This document shows, in pieces, positions 48,075 to 57,828 of a stretch of 64,000 nucleotides of DNA (the stretch's first letter is position 1; each line of letters begins with the position of its first letter). The stretch lies in the NCBI GenBank assembly GCA_037385645.1, contig JARRMU010000001.1:2110-66109 (forward strand), given 5' to 3'. This DNA is from Gemmatimonadales bacterium (lineage in GTDB: Bacteria > Gemmatimonadota > Gemmatimonadetes > Palauibacterales > Palauibacteraceae). The position numbers were made by a program, and so were the translations under genes. Below the pieces are notes generated by a model. It did no database searches and was not told the origin of the DNA. It was given only the letters and a program-made list of their open reading frames with translations.

Positions 48075-48935
48075 ATGAGCGAATACGCCGTAGAGCCCGT
48101 TTCTTCAGCTTCTTCAGCATCCTCAGCGAACGTGAGCCGAGGGAGCATCATGCCCGTCGGGGGCGCCGAAGAAAAGCTGCCGGACGCCGCGATTCTCAAT
48201 AGCTTCGTGGCGCTTTCGGGCGGCGAGAGCGCGAATATCGTCGTCATCCCCACCGCATCCCGGTTGAAGTCCACGGGCCGAAGGTACCGGAAGCTGTTTC
48301 GAGATCTGGGTGCGGCAAAGGCGCGCGTGCTTCCGTTCGAATCTCGCGAGGACTGCACGAAGAAGGATTGGCTCGAGGAGCTGGAGCAAGCCGACGGCGT
48401 CTTTCTCACGGGCGGAAACCAGCTTCGTCTGTCCACGACGTTGGGCGGCACGCCGGTGGCTGCCGCCCTACGCCGCCTGAACGAGTCGGGCACGACCGTG
48501 GCGGGCACGTCGGCCGGAGCGGCGTTCATGTCCGAGCACATGATCGCGTTCGGGCAGGAAGGACCGTCTCCCCGCGCGGACATGGTCACGCTGGCCCCGG
48601 GCCTCGGACTGCTCCCGAAGGTGATCATCGATCAGCATTTTCGGCAGCGTGACCGTCTCGGCCGGCTGCTCGCCGCTCTCGCCTACAACCCGTTCGGCGT
48701 CGGGGTGGGGCTCGATGAGGACACGGCGGCGGTCATCGGTCCGGACAACCTGCTTACCGTGGTCGGAAGCGGAGCGATCACGATCGTGGATCCCGCCGAT
48801 ATGTCCTTCTCGTCGATGGACTCGGCCAAGGAAGACGCGCCGGTCTGTCTCATCGGGCTAAAGGTCCACGTGCTCGTGGCGGGTGCGACGTTCAACCTGT
48901 TTACGCGCGTGGCGAAGCCGCCCACCGACCGGTGA
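48075..48935 (+). CDS. cphB: Cyanophycinase (peptidase S51)
   Basis: S51 motifs are GGNQ (oxyanion) and the catalytic Ser in GTSAGAAFM, plus ...DQHF. There is no signal peptide. The start is ambiguous (48075 or 48150). Confidence 0.8.
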   Translation: MSEYAVEPVSSASSASSANVSRGSIMPVGGAEEKLPDAAILNSFVALSGGESANIVVIPTASRLKSTGRRYRKLFRDLGAAKARVLPFESREDCTKKDWLEELEQADGVFLTGGNQLRLSTTLGGTPVAAALRRLNESGTTVAGTSAGAAFMSEHMIAFGQEGPSPRADMVTLAPGLGLLPKVIIDQHFRQRDRLGRLLAALAYNPFGVGVGLDEDTAAVIGPDNLLTVVGSGAITIVDPADMSFSSMDSAKEDAPVCLIGLKVHVLVAGATFNLFTRVAKPPTDR

Positions 48936-51832
48936 AGATCGTCGACCGTGCCGTTTACTGGGGGCCCAACCTCTACGCCCGCTTTCCGGTCATACGCCTC
49001 CGGGTGGATCTCGGTGAGCTGGAGGTGTGGCCCACCGGTCGTCTCGGACGCGGCTTCACCGACGCACTTCTGGAGACGCTGCCCGGACTTGAGGAACACG
49101 GCTGTTCGTACGGAGAACCGGGCGGCTTCGTGCGGAGGCTCACGGAAGACGAAGGGACGTGGCTTGGCCACGTGCTGGAGCATGTGGCGATCGAGCTCCA
49201 GAACATCGCGGGTCTCCGCGTCACGTTCGGAAAGACGAGATCCACGGGCGAGCCCGGCCAGTACGACGTCGTGTACGAGTACTGGCAGCGCGAGGAGGGC
49301 CTCGAGGCGGGCCGCCTGGCAGTCGACCTCGTGCATTACCTGCTGCCGGCGGAGCTTCTCCCTCCCGAGGCGAACAAGCCGTTCGATTGGGAGGAGCAGC
49401 GGGACGATTTCATCCGCTACGCGCAGCGTCGCGCGCTCGGGCCGAGCACCGCGGCCCTGGTGGCGTCGGCGAAGGAGCGCGACATCCCGTGGCTGCGGCT
49501 GAACGAGTACAGCCTCGTGCAGCTGGGCCATGGGCGGTATCAGCGCCGGATCCAGGCGACCGTGACGAGCGAGACCCGCCAGATCGCTGTCGAGATCGCC
49601 TCCGACAAGGATGAGACCAACCGGATCCTGAGCGATCTGGGGCTGCCCGTACCGGCGCAGAGGCTGGTGTACGGCGTCGAGCAGGCCGTTCACGCGGCCG
49701 AGAAGATCGGCTACCCGGTCGTCGTGAAGCCGCTGAACGCCAACCACGGACGCGGGGTCTCGATCAATCTCGAGGAGCCCGACCAGGTCCGCGCCGCTTT
49801 CGAGCAGGCATTGGCTCACGGACGCTCGGTCCTCGTCGAGAGCTTCATCCAGGGCTTCGATCATCGGATGCTCGTCGTCGACGGCTCGCTTGTCGCGGTG
49901 GCGAAGCGGGTCCCGGGCCACGTTGTCGGCGACGGCAGGAGCACGGTCGAAGAACTGGTGGAGGAGCTGAACCGGGACCCGCGACGCGGGATCGGTCACG
50001 AGAAGGTGCTGACCCGGATCGAATTCGACCGCCAGGCCGACCGACTGTTGTCGTTGGCTGGCCTGACGCGCGAGGGCGTTCCGGAGGAGGGACAGGTCGT
50101 CTACCTGCGGTCGACAGGTAACCTGTCGACGGGAGGCACCGCCGTGGATGTGACCGATGTCGTGCACCCCGACAACCGGGAGATGGCCGTACGCGCCGCC
50201 CGGGCGATCGGGCTGGACGTAGCCGGCGTGGACTTCCTCACGCCCGACATCGCTCGGTCCCACAAGGAGGTTGGCGGAGCCATCTGCGAGGTCAACGCCG
50301 CTCCGGGCTTTCGCATGCACGTGGCCCCGGCCGAGGGAACGCCCCGCGATGTCGCGAAACCGGTCATGACGATGCTCTTCCCGGCCGGATCACCCGCCCG
50401 AATACCCATCTCGGCGATAACCGGGACGAACGGGAAGACGACCACCGCCCGCATGCTTGCCCACATCATGAAGCTGAAAGGGCATACCGTCGGCCTGACC
50501 ACGACCGACGGCGTCTACATCGATGGCCAGCTCTCTCTCGCGGGCGACATGACGGGTCCGATGGCGACCCAGATGGTACTGCGCGACCCGACGATCGACA
50601 TGGCCGTGCTGGAGATGGCACGTGGCGGGCTTCTACGAGCGGGCATGGGCTGCCAGAGGTGCGATGTCGGCGCGTGCCTGAACGTGCAGGCGGACCACCT
50701 CGGATTGCGGGGCGTCGACACCCTCGAGGATCTGGCGGAGGTAAAGCGGATCGTGATCGAGGTGGCGCAGGACACGGCCGTCCTCAACGCGGACGACCCG
50801 CTTTGCCTCGAGATGGCTGATCACTCGAGCGCTCAGAACGTCTGTTACGTCACCATGAACCCCGAGCATGAACTGGTGCGGGCCCATATCGAGGCCGGCG
50901 GCAGAGCCGTGGTGCTCGAGCACGTGATCCAGGGGCATTTCATCACGCTGTACGAGAGCGGCTCCCACATGCCCCTTCTTCTCACTCGCATGATCCCGGC
51001 GACGCTCGACGGCCGGGCCATGCACAACGTGCAGAACGCGATGTTCGCCTCGGCCATGGCGTACAGCCTGGGCGTAAGTCTCGAAGACATCCGCCACGGA
51101 CTCAGCACGTTCGGGACCTCGTTCTTCCAGGCGCCGGGGCGCATGAACGTCTTCGACGGCCACCCGTTCAAGGTGATTCTCGACTACGGTCACAACCCGT
51201 CCGCGATCGCCGCGGTGCGCGCCACGGTGGAGAGCATTTCGATCTCGGGCCGTAGGATCGTCGTGCTCGCTTCGCCGGGCGACCGCCGGGACGAGGACAT
51301 CCGAGAGGCCGCGCGAGCGGCGGCCGGAGGGTTCGACCTCTACATCCTCCGTCGGGATGACCACGCGCGGGGTCGCGGCCAGGATGAGGTGCCGAGGATG
51401 TTGGAGGAGGAGCTACTTGGCGCTGGCGTTTCCGCCGATCACATCCGGGTGATCCCCGATGAGGTGGAAGCGGTCGACACGGCCCTCGAGACGGCGGTCG
51501 AGGGCGACCTCGTCCTCATCTTCGGCGACCAGATCGCACGCACATGGAAGCAGATCACGGGAGCCGGGGTCGACGCGTCGGTGGCTGGCGGAGCCCTCGA
51601 GGATGGGCCCGACGCCACCGAGATGCCGGGCGCTGCCGCCGATGCCGGCGCGGCCCTTCCATCCGCCGGGAGCGACGCCGACGTGGCCACCGCGGCTCAC
51701 GGGGCCGGTGCGGGAGCCGGGCCGCCGGGCCTCGAGTGGCCGGCGGACTGGAGCCTGGACTTCGATCTGGAGGAAAGGAAGCTCGTGCGCGATGAACGGG
51801 GCGTTCGCATCGCGCGCGAGCCGGAAGACTGA
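48932..51832 (+). CDS. cphA: Cyanophycin synthetase (N, ATP-grasp and Mur-ligase domains) with a roughly 90-aa Ala/Gly/Asp-rich C-terminal extension
   Basis: GTG start in a GTGA overlap with cphB. N-domain MKIV..WGPNLY...EHGCSYGEPGGF; the central ATP-grasp region is at about aa 220-470. The Mur-ligase P-loop is ITGTNGKTTT. Confidence 0.85.
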   Translation: MKIVDRAVYWGPNLYARFPVIRLRVDLGELEVWPTGRLGRGFTDALLETLPGLEEHGCSYGEPGGFVRRLTEDEGTWLGHVLEHVAIELQNIAGLRVTFGKTRSTGEPGQYDVVYEYWQREEGLEAGRLAVDLVHYLLPAELLPPEANKPFDWEEQRDDFIRYAQRRALGPSTAALVASAKERDIPWLRLNEYSLVQLGHGRYQRRIQATVTSETRQIAVEIASDKDETNRILSDLGLPVPAQRLVYGVEQAVHAAEKIGYPVVVKPLNANHGRGVSINLEEPDQVRAAFEQALAHGRSVLVESFIQGFDHRMLVVDGSLVAVAKRVPGHVVGDGRSTVEELVEELNRDPRRGIGHEKVLTRIEFDRQADRLLSLAGLTREGVPEEGQVVYLRSTGNLSTGGTAVDVTDVVHPDNREMAVRAARAIGLDVAGVDFLTPDIARSHKEVGGAICEVNAAPGFRMHVAPAEGTPRDVAKPVMTMLFPAGSPARIPISAITGTNGKTTTARMLAHIMKLKGHTVGLTTTDGVYIDGQLSLAGDMTGPMATQMVLRDPTIDMAVLEMARGGLLRAGMGCQRCDVGACLNVQADHLGLRGVDTLEDLAEVKRIVIEVAQDTAVLNADDPLCLEMADHSSAQNVCYVTMNPEHELVRAHIEAGGRAVVLEHVIQGHFITLYESGSHMPLLLTRMIPATLDGRAMHNVQNAMFASAMAYSLGVSLEDIRHGLSTFGTSFFQAPGRMNVFDGHPFKVILDYGHNPSAIAAVRATVESISISGRRIVVLASPGDRRDEDIREAARAAAGGFDLYILRRDDHARGRGQDEVPRMLEEELLGAGVSADHIRVIPDEVEAVDTALETAVEGDLVLIFGDQIARTWKQITGAGVDASVAGGALEDGPDATEMPGAAADAGAALPSAGSDADVATAAHGAGAGAGPPGLEWPADWSLDFDLEERKLVRDERGVRIAREPED

Positions 51833-51879
51833 CGCCGAGCGTACGGGTCCACCTGGTCGGATAGGCTGCCGGATAGGCT

Positions 51880-53619
51880 ATGGAGCTTTGTGAATCGCGT
51901 CGTTTGACGGGGCCGAACATCCTCCTGGACGGGCCCGGCGCCGTGATCGATGTGGAGACTCGGGGCGCGGCGGCCGCCGAGGTCGAGGGCGCCTGGCGCC
52001 GCCACGCACAGGCTGCGTTGGAGGCCGTTGGCTGGGCGGACTCGGAGCTCCGTTGCCGCCGCTTCCCCGGTGGCGTCACCCTCGCCTTTTCCGCGCCGGA
52101 GGACGTCCTCTACGCGGCCACGCAGGTGAATGAGTGGGCCTGGGAGGCCGCACGAGCGGAGCTCGGGGACGCCGAGGCCGAGCCGGAATCCCTGGAAAAG
52201 GCGGCGGAGCGTCTGCGTGCGGCGATCGAGGAGGAGAGGAACCCGCGCCTCATAGCGCTTCGCGACGCTGCACAGGGGCGGGACGTGACCTTCCTTACCG
52301 ACGACGACGTCTCGAGCGTCGGTATGGGTCGCGGCTGCCGCCTCTGGCCCACGAGTGAGGTCCCGTTGCCTGAGCAGGTGGACTGGGGCGGGGTGCGTGA
52401 CGTGCCGGTGGCGCTCGTGACCGGAACGAACGGGAAGACGACGACCGTCCGCCTTCTCACCCGGATCGCGCGCGCCGCCGGCGTCGTTCCCGGCTGCACC
52501 TCGACGGACGGCATCGTCGTCGGCGACCGCGTGGTGGATGAGGACGACTGGGCCGGGCCCGGCGGGGCCCGGCAGGTCCTGCGCCGGCCCGACGTGGAGG
52601 TCGGAATCCTGGAGACGGCGCGCGGCGGCATCCTGCGACGAGGCTTGGGCGTCCCTCGCGCCGATGCGGCTCTGGTCACCAACGTGGCAGAGGACCACCT
52701 TGGAGAGTACGGGGTCGACGACCTCGATGCGCTTGCCGACACGAAGCTGGTCGTGGCTCGCGTCGTCCACGACGGAGGACGGGTCGTCCTCAACGCGGAA
52801 GACGATGTCCTGGTAGCCGCGGTGCAGCGCGCGATGGAGAGCGGGCTGATCCTGACTCCGCTGACCTGGTTCTCTCTCGACGCGCGCCACCCCAGGATCC
52901 TTCGGCACCTGGAGTCCGGGGGCGACGCATGCGCGCTCCGCGGCGGGGAGCTCGTACTCTGGCAGGAGGGCCGGCGAGTCGGTGGCATCGGGATCGACGA
53001 CGTGCCGATAGCGCTCGGCGGTGCGGCGAGCTTCAACGTCCGCAACGCGCTCGCCGCCCTCGGCGTCGCCGCCGCGCTCGGCTGGCCGCTGGCCGCGATC
53101 GCCACCGGACTGTCGGCGCTCGGCGGCACGGCGGCGGACAATCCCGGCCGGCTCAACCTGTTCGAGCTGGATGGGGTGAAGGTGCTGGTTGATTTCGCCC
53201 ATAATCCCCACGGCATGGCGGCGCTCGTACAGGTGGCCCGCGAGATCTCCGCGGAGCGGCGCCTCATCGTCCTCGGACAGGCGGGCGACCGTGACGAGGC
53301 CTCGATCCGCGGTCTGGTTCGCGCGGCGTGGGAAGCCGCTCCCGACCTGGTCATCATCAAGGAGATGCGGAAGTACCTTCGTGGCCAGGAGGAGGGAGTG
53401 GTGCCGGCGATCATCGAGGCCGAGCTTCGCGATCTGGGCGCGCCCGCCGATGCCATGCTGCACACCGATTCGGAGCTCGATGCGGTACGGACCGCCCTCC
53501 AGCGTGCCCGGTCGGGCGATCTCGTTCTGCTCACGATACACAGCGACCGCGGCGCCGTGCTGGAGCTCGTCTCGGGCCTGCAACAGCGGGGATGGTCGCC
53601 GGGCGACGCGCTGGATTGA
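51880..53619 (+). CDS. CphA-like protein consisting of a CphA-type N-domain fused directly to a Mur-ligase (M) domain, with no ATP-grasp domain ('CphA prime'-like)
   Basis: The N-terminus LTGPNILLDGPGAVIDVE parallels the CphA N-domain. The P-loop VTGTNGKTTT begins at about aa 175, followed by Mur-ligase motifs (NVAEDHLGEYG, DFAHNPHG). There is no room for a roughly 300-aa ATP-grasp. Confidence 0.6.
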   Translation: MELCESRRLTGPNILLDGPGAVIDVETRGAAAAEVEGAWRRHAQAALEAVGWADSELRCRRFPGGVTLAFSAPEDVLYAATQVNEWAWEAARAELGDAEAEPESLEKAAERLRAAIEEERNPRLIALRDAAQGRDVTFLTDDDVSSVGMGRGCRLWPTSEVPLPEQVDWGGVRDVPVALVTGTNGKTTTVRLLTRIARAAGVVPGCTSTDGIVVGDRVVDEDDWAGPGGARQVLRRPDVEVGILETARGGILRRGLGVPRADAALVTNVAEDHLGEYGVDDLDALADTKLVVARVVHDGGRVVLNAEDDVLVAAVQRAMESGLILTPLTWFSLDARHPRILRHLESGGDACALRGGELVLWQEGRRVGGIGIDDVPIALGGAASFNVRNALAALGVAAALGWPLAAIATGLSALGGTAADNPGRLNLFELDGVKVLVDFAHNPHGMAALVQVAREISAERRLIVLGQAGDRDEASIRGLVRAAWEAAPDLVIIKEMRKYLRGQEEGVVPAIIEAELRDLGAPADAMLHTDSELDAVRTALQRARSGDLVLLTIHSDRGAVLELVSGLQQRGWSPGDALD

Positions 53620-53718
53620 ACGAGCCAGCCGCGGCCGGCCAGGGACGTCGCCGTGGCCTCCGCCCGGGCGTCCTGGCCCGGTACGCAGCGGCCGTGGTGG
53701 CGGGTCTCTTACTGCCGG

Positions 53719-54566
53719 GTACCATCGCGATGGCTTTTCCAGACCTAGCGGCTCGCTTCGCAAGAGCGATGATCTTCTATCCCGAGCGGCTGAGCGAGCG
53801 CGAGGCCGATCCTGGCTTCTGGGGACTGAAGGAGGGCGAGTCCGTCTTTATCGACGCGGAGGACGGCGAGCGACTCCACGCGTGGTGGGTGCCGGCGGCC
53901 GTCTCCCGGCCGGACGATGATCCCGATGCCGGAGCCTGCAGGGCGGCCATCTTCTTCCATGGCAATGCCGGGAACATCGCCTCCCGCGCACGGATCGCCG
54001 CGCGCCTCTCCGGGCTCGGATTAGGGACGCTGCTCGTCGACTACCGGGGCTACGGCCGCAGCGGCGGGAGGCCGAGCGAGGAAGGGCTCTACAAAGACGG
54101 GCGGGCGGCCTACAGGCACGTGGTCGAGGCCCGTGCGGTTCCGGCCGAGCAGGTCGTCGTGATCGGCAATTCGCTCGGTGCGGCAGTGGCGGCGAGTGTG
54201 GCGTCGGAGAACCCCGTCGGCCGGCTCGTCCTCACCGGAGCTTTTCGCTCGGTCCCCGCTCTCGGCCGCTCGATCTACTGGTGGATCCCGAACCGTGCCT
54301 TCAACTGGAGCTTCAACCACTTCGACGCCGAGAGCGCGGTGAGGCTCGTCGAGGCGCCGGTGCTCGTGGGTCGCGGAGATCGAGATGCGCTCATCCCCCG
54401 GGACGAGACTCGCGCGATCTACGAGGCCGCACCGCAGCCCAAGCGCTGGGTCGAAGTGCCGGTTGCCGACCACTCGAATCTCTGGTTCACGGAGGAGCTG
54501 TGGCGGGAGCTCGCGAGCTTCGTCGGCGAGTCGCCGTGCTCGCCGACGCCATTTCTTCGGAGGTAG
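53719..54566 (+). CDS. Alpha/beta-hydrolase fold protein
   Basis: The nucleophile elbow GNSLG and catalytic D/H candidates (GDRDALIP, ADHSNL) are present. An alternative GTG start at 53683 would add an N-terminal hydrophobic segment. The 5' part of the listed ORF overlaps cphA-prime in another frame and is rejected. Confidence 0.65.
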
Positions 54567-54636
54567 TGCCGCTCGCGGAGGAGGTGCCGTCAGCCGGCCG
54601 CGCTCCGCTACGCGCTCCCGCCGTCCCGACTGGCCC

Positions 54637-56154
54637 TCAGCACCAACGCACCCGGACCCGGTAGTTGATCTTCTCCTCGCCGCGGGCGGGGATCTTCACG
54701 TTGAAATTGAACGTGTGGGCATCGAGCTTCTTCCAATCGTGGGTTGAAGAGAGGATCTTCCACTCGCCGCCGATCGGCTCGACAACCTCGACCTCCACAT
54801 CCTCGTCCTTGTGGTTGCGGAGGTGGACTTCCCAGGAGCTCTCGGAGACGCAGCTCCCGAGGGCCGACCAGTCCATCTGACGGCGATCGCCGACGACGTC
54901 GAACGCATCGCCCATCTTGATCCGCACCTTCTCGTCGCGCGGCGTGTGGTCGATCCGGTCCTCGCCGATGAACTGCTGAGCGCCCGATGCATCTTCCTTG
55001 TAGACCCGCACGACCCCGGCAGGCAGCGGCATCCCCAGGTTGTTGTCCTCGGAGTTCTCGAAGTCGAGGAAGACGCCGACCTTCTGGTTCGAGACGACGT
55101 GGCCGTACTGGCCGCGGTAATAGTAGGCCGCTCCATAAAAGATCAGGTGCTTGTCGATGTCGAAGCGCGAGGCCTCCAGCAGGGTCACCTGCTTCTGCTC
55201 GTTGTTTCGGAGCGTCGTCGGCCGGCCGAGCGTGTAAAGGTGGTACTCGAAGAAGGCCTCTTCGCTGAACGCCTCGGCCTCGTCGGCCGCCACGGCGGCG
55301 CGAGCGGCCATCTTCATCATCTCCTCACGACCGCCCACCCGCTGCACGTCGCCCGCCACCAGCTTGAGCAGCGCGTTCTCATAAGTAGCGCCGCTCTGAT
55401 TGGTAAGCGTAACCCATCCGGTGAGGTCGCCGAGCGCGTCGTTCTCGTCAATCACCATCACGTAGTCTGCCTTCCAGTTCAGGCTGTGGGTGAGGTAGGA
55501 GACTTCCAGGCGCTGCCGGTCGCGCCCGCTGTCCAGCATCCAGACCAGCGTGGGCTTGGCGATCAGATTCTCGGGCAGCTCGGGAAAGGCGAAGCGGCCA
55601 GGGTAGTTGAAGGTGATCTCGTCGCCGATGCGGAGAATCGGCCCACCGTTGACCGAGAGGACCTCTGCCTGAACCGGCTCGTCCCGCTCCGACTCCGGAT
55701 TCCAACGGTAGACGGTCAACGTGCGGCCCACGTACTTCTCCAGAAGCTTCTGCGGGTTGAGGAGATCGTACTGGTAGTTCTGCTCAAGCACCTTCAGGGA
55801 CTGCCCGCCCGTCAGCGATCTGATGTGGACCGTCTCTGTCTGGATCGACGAGGCGACGTCTCCGAACTCTAGGTTGAGCAGCCCGCGCGTGAGAGGTATG
55901 TCCCGCACTTCGCGCACCAAGCCGAAGTTCTGGTTGTAGACGGTGATCGCGACGGATTCCCGGTCCTCCGCTCCGGAGCGGTACGTCGGCCTGTCCTCAC
56001 CTGTCGCTTCGGATCCGGCGCGCGTCCCTTCTCGGACCGAATCATCGGTTACAAGTAATGACTGGGCCTTGACTTCAGGCAGTTGCGTGCTGGCCGTCTG
56101 AACCGCCAGCGCGGCAACCATGATCAGCACGAGCCCGGTCTTCTGTATTCGCAT
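54637..56154 (-). CDS. Secreted hypothetical protein (DUF4139-like)
   Basis: It has a signal peptide (MRIQKTGLVLIMVAALAVQTAS). Its 505 aa length and the VYNQNFGLVREVR N-region resemble the DUF4139/DUF4140 family. No database check was done. Confidence 0.45.
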   Translation of the reverse strand: MRIQKTGLVLIMVAALAVQTASTQLPEVKAQSLLVTDDSVREGTRAGSEATGEDRPTYRSGAEDRESVAITVYNQNFGLVREVRDIPLTRGLLNLEFGDVASSIQTETVHIRSLTGGQSLKVLEQNYQYDLLNPQKLLEKYVGRTLTVYRWNPESERDEPVQAEVLSVNGGPILRIGDEITFNYPGRFAFPELPENLIAKPTLVWMLDSGRDRQRLEVSYLTHSLNWKADYVMVIDENDALGDLTGWVTLTNQSGATYENALLKLVAGDVQRVGGREEMMKMAARAAVAADEAEAFSEEAFFEYHLYTLGRPTTLRNNEQKQVTLLEASRFDIDKHLIFYGAAYYYRGQYGHVVSNQKVGVFLDFENSEDNNLGMPLPAGVVRVYKEDASGAQQFIGEDRIDHTPRDEKVRIKMGDAFDVVGDRRQMDWSALGSCVSESSWEVHLRNHKDEDVEVEVVEPIGGEWKILSSTHDWKKLDAHTFNFNVKIPARGEEKINYRVRVRWC

Positions 56155-56365
56155 CTCATCCCCCTTCTTGCAGCGTCGTGCCGGACTCGCTCGCGTTGCC
56201 CGGCGTTTCCCAGCGCGGCCGTTCGGCGACCGCGTCCGGGGAACTAGGACGACTCAGGTAGTGGAAGTTGCACAGGGGGCAGTCCGTCGGACCGCCCCCC
56301 CGTCTCATTACGCGCTCGGACAAGATCGTCGAGTCCGCGGCGCACGGCGTGCTCAGATAGGATAC

Positions 56366-57568
56366 TCAGAGGGTAGGCAGCGCGTACTTCTCCAGCCACT
56401 GGAAGTCGAGGTCATCGGTGCGCGTGAGGTAGACGGCATCCGCTCCGAAGCCAGCGAGCTCACAGCCCTTCGGCAAGCGAACGCGCGCCTTCAGAGTTCC
56501 GTCCCGACCGAAGACATCCACGAGTGGCGCCTCGCCGGCGGCGGTCTCACGGATCACCCAGGCGTGGCCCTTCGGGTCGACCTGGACGGCGTTGGAAGTG
56601 AAAGCGGGCATGGTGTCCGGCCAGTCGAAACCGTCGACATCAGGCAGTCCGCGGCCACTCCCGCCCCGGCTCATGCTGGCCTGCATGCTTCCGTTGTCGT
56701 CCGTGATCATCACCCTCAGCCCATCGCTGCCCAGGTTCTGCACCCAGGCCAGCTTCTCCGCCCCTCCGATCTTCACCGGTCGATACTTCGTGGGCGTGCC
56801 GCTGACGACCTGGCCGTCCGGAAGGACCCACTCAATCCAGTACTCGCCTTGCTTCGTACCGGCGCGCGCCACAGCGATCCGGCCATCGAGTCCCGCTCCC
56901 CACGCATCCTCGGCCGAGAGCGGTACCGGTCGCATCATCACGTTCCGTTCGTTGCCGCCTCCCGATTCGCTCACTGTGCGCTCCGGCATCTTCACCAGCG
57001 CTAGCGTGTCGTAGGCGCGGGACGCCCGGTTGAAGCGCACGACGGCCGCGGAGTCGGGCAGGCCGCGCGCCGCGCCCATTCCGCCCATCTGCTGGAAGTA
57101 GATCCCGCCGCCGCCGTCTGTGGCGCGCGGGAGCACGAGGGTGAGTCCCCGCTCGGCGGGTTGCGCGATCGGCGTGGTCTCGCCGAAGGCTCCGTCCCGC
57201 GCAATGGCCGTGAGCCGGCCGTTGCCGAGGTCGACGAGTAGCGTCGAGTCACCTGGCAGAGCGAAGAGGCCATCAGGCTCCCGGTATTCGTCCGGTCCCT
57301 GTCCCTCGGCACCGATCGTGTCCGCGGTGCCGGACGCGAGGTCGGCGATCACCAGGACCTGGCCCAGTCCGTCCGCCACCATCACTCGTCCATCCGCCAG
57401 CTCGCGTAGTCCCGACAGACGGGAGAACCCCTCCGGAAAAGTCGCCTGCGGCCCGGCCAGCGCGTGCTCCGGGACGTCCTGCGCGCGCAGCGGCGCGGAC
57501 AGCGCGACGACGGCAGCCGCGCCGGTCAACGCCCCACATATCCTCACGGCCCCTTGTTGTCGCGTCAT
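56366..57568 (-). CDS. Secreted hypothetical protein (repeat/beta-propeller-like)
   Basis: It has a signal peptide and Gly/Asp-rich repeated strands. No family was recognised. Confidence 0.45.
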   Translation of the reverse strand: MTRQQGAVRICGALTGAAAVVALSAPLRAQDVPEHALAGPQATFPEGFSRLSGLRELADGRVMVADGLGQVLVIADLASGTADTIGAEGQGPDEYREPDGLFALPGDSTLLVDLGNGRLTAIARDGAFGETTPIAQPAERGLTLVLPRATDGGGGIYFQQMGGMGAARGLPDSAAVVRFNRASRAYDTLALVKMPERTVSESGGGNERNVMMRPVPLSAEDAWGAGLDGRIAVARAGTKQGEYWIEWVLPDGQVVSGTPTKYRPVKIGGAEKLAWVQNLGSDGLRVMITDDNGSMQASMSRGGSGRGLPDVDGFDWPDTMPAFTSNAVQVDPKGHAWVIRETAAGEAPLVDVFGRDGTLKARVRLPKGCELAGFGADAVYLTRTDDLDFQWLEKYALPTL

Positions 57569-57828
57569 TGAACGAGCACCTCCCCCAGCCTGAATTGAGT
57601 GGCCCTATAAGCCCCTGTCCATGTCACATTCATAGACCGCGGCGAGCTGCCGACCGTTGCCTGCCGCCCGCTGGACCCCCTCCTCAGGCTTCGGGGATTC
57701 CCGGAGCAAGCGTCGAGACGCCCTGAGGAGACTCCATGGCTTTGCCCCAGGAGGCTCCGAGGACAGGCGTCGGAAGCGAGTCGAAGGGAACCCCGAAGGC
57801 CTCTGATGGGACGCCTGCCCCGATGCCG

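Noticed and set aside
53328-53718. 412-aa ORF extending the α/β-hydrolase upstream across the end of the CphA-like gene
   Set aside because: The 5' portion is out-of-frame overlap with the CphA-like gene and is Arg/Gly-rich. The hydrolase domain starts after the stop, at ATG 53719 or GTG 53683.
56262-56286. Near-perfect 12-bp inverted repeat GGGGGCAGTCCG-t-CGGACCGCCCCC between the two secreted-protein genes
   Set aside because: It could be a terminator for the upstream minus-strand gene, but there is no U tract and one mismatch. Function is indeterminate.
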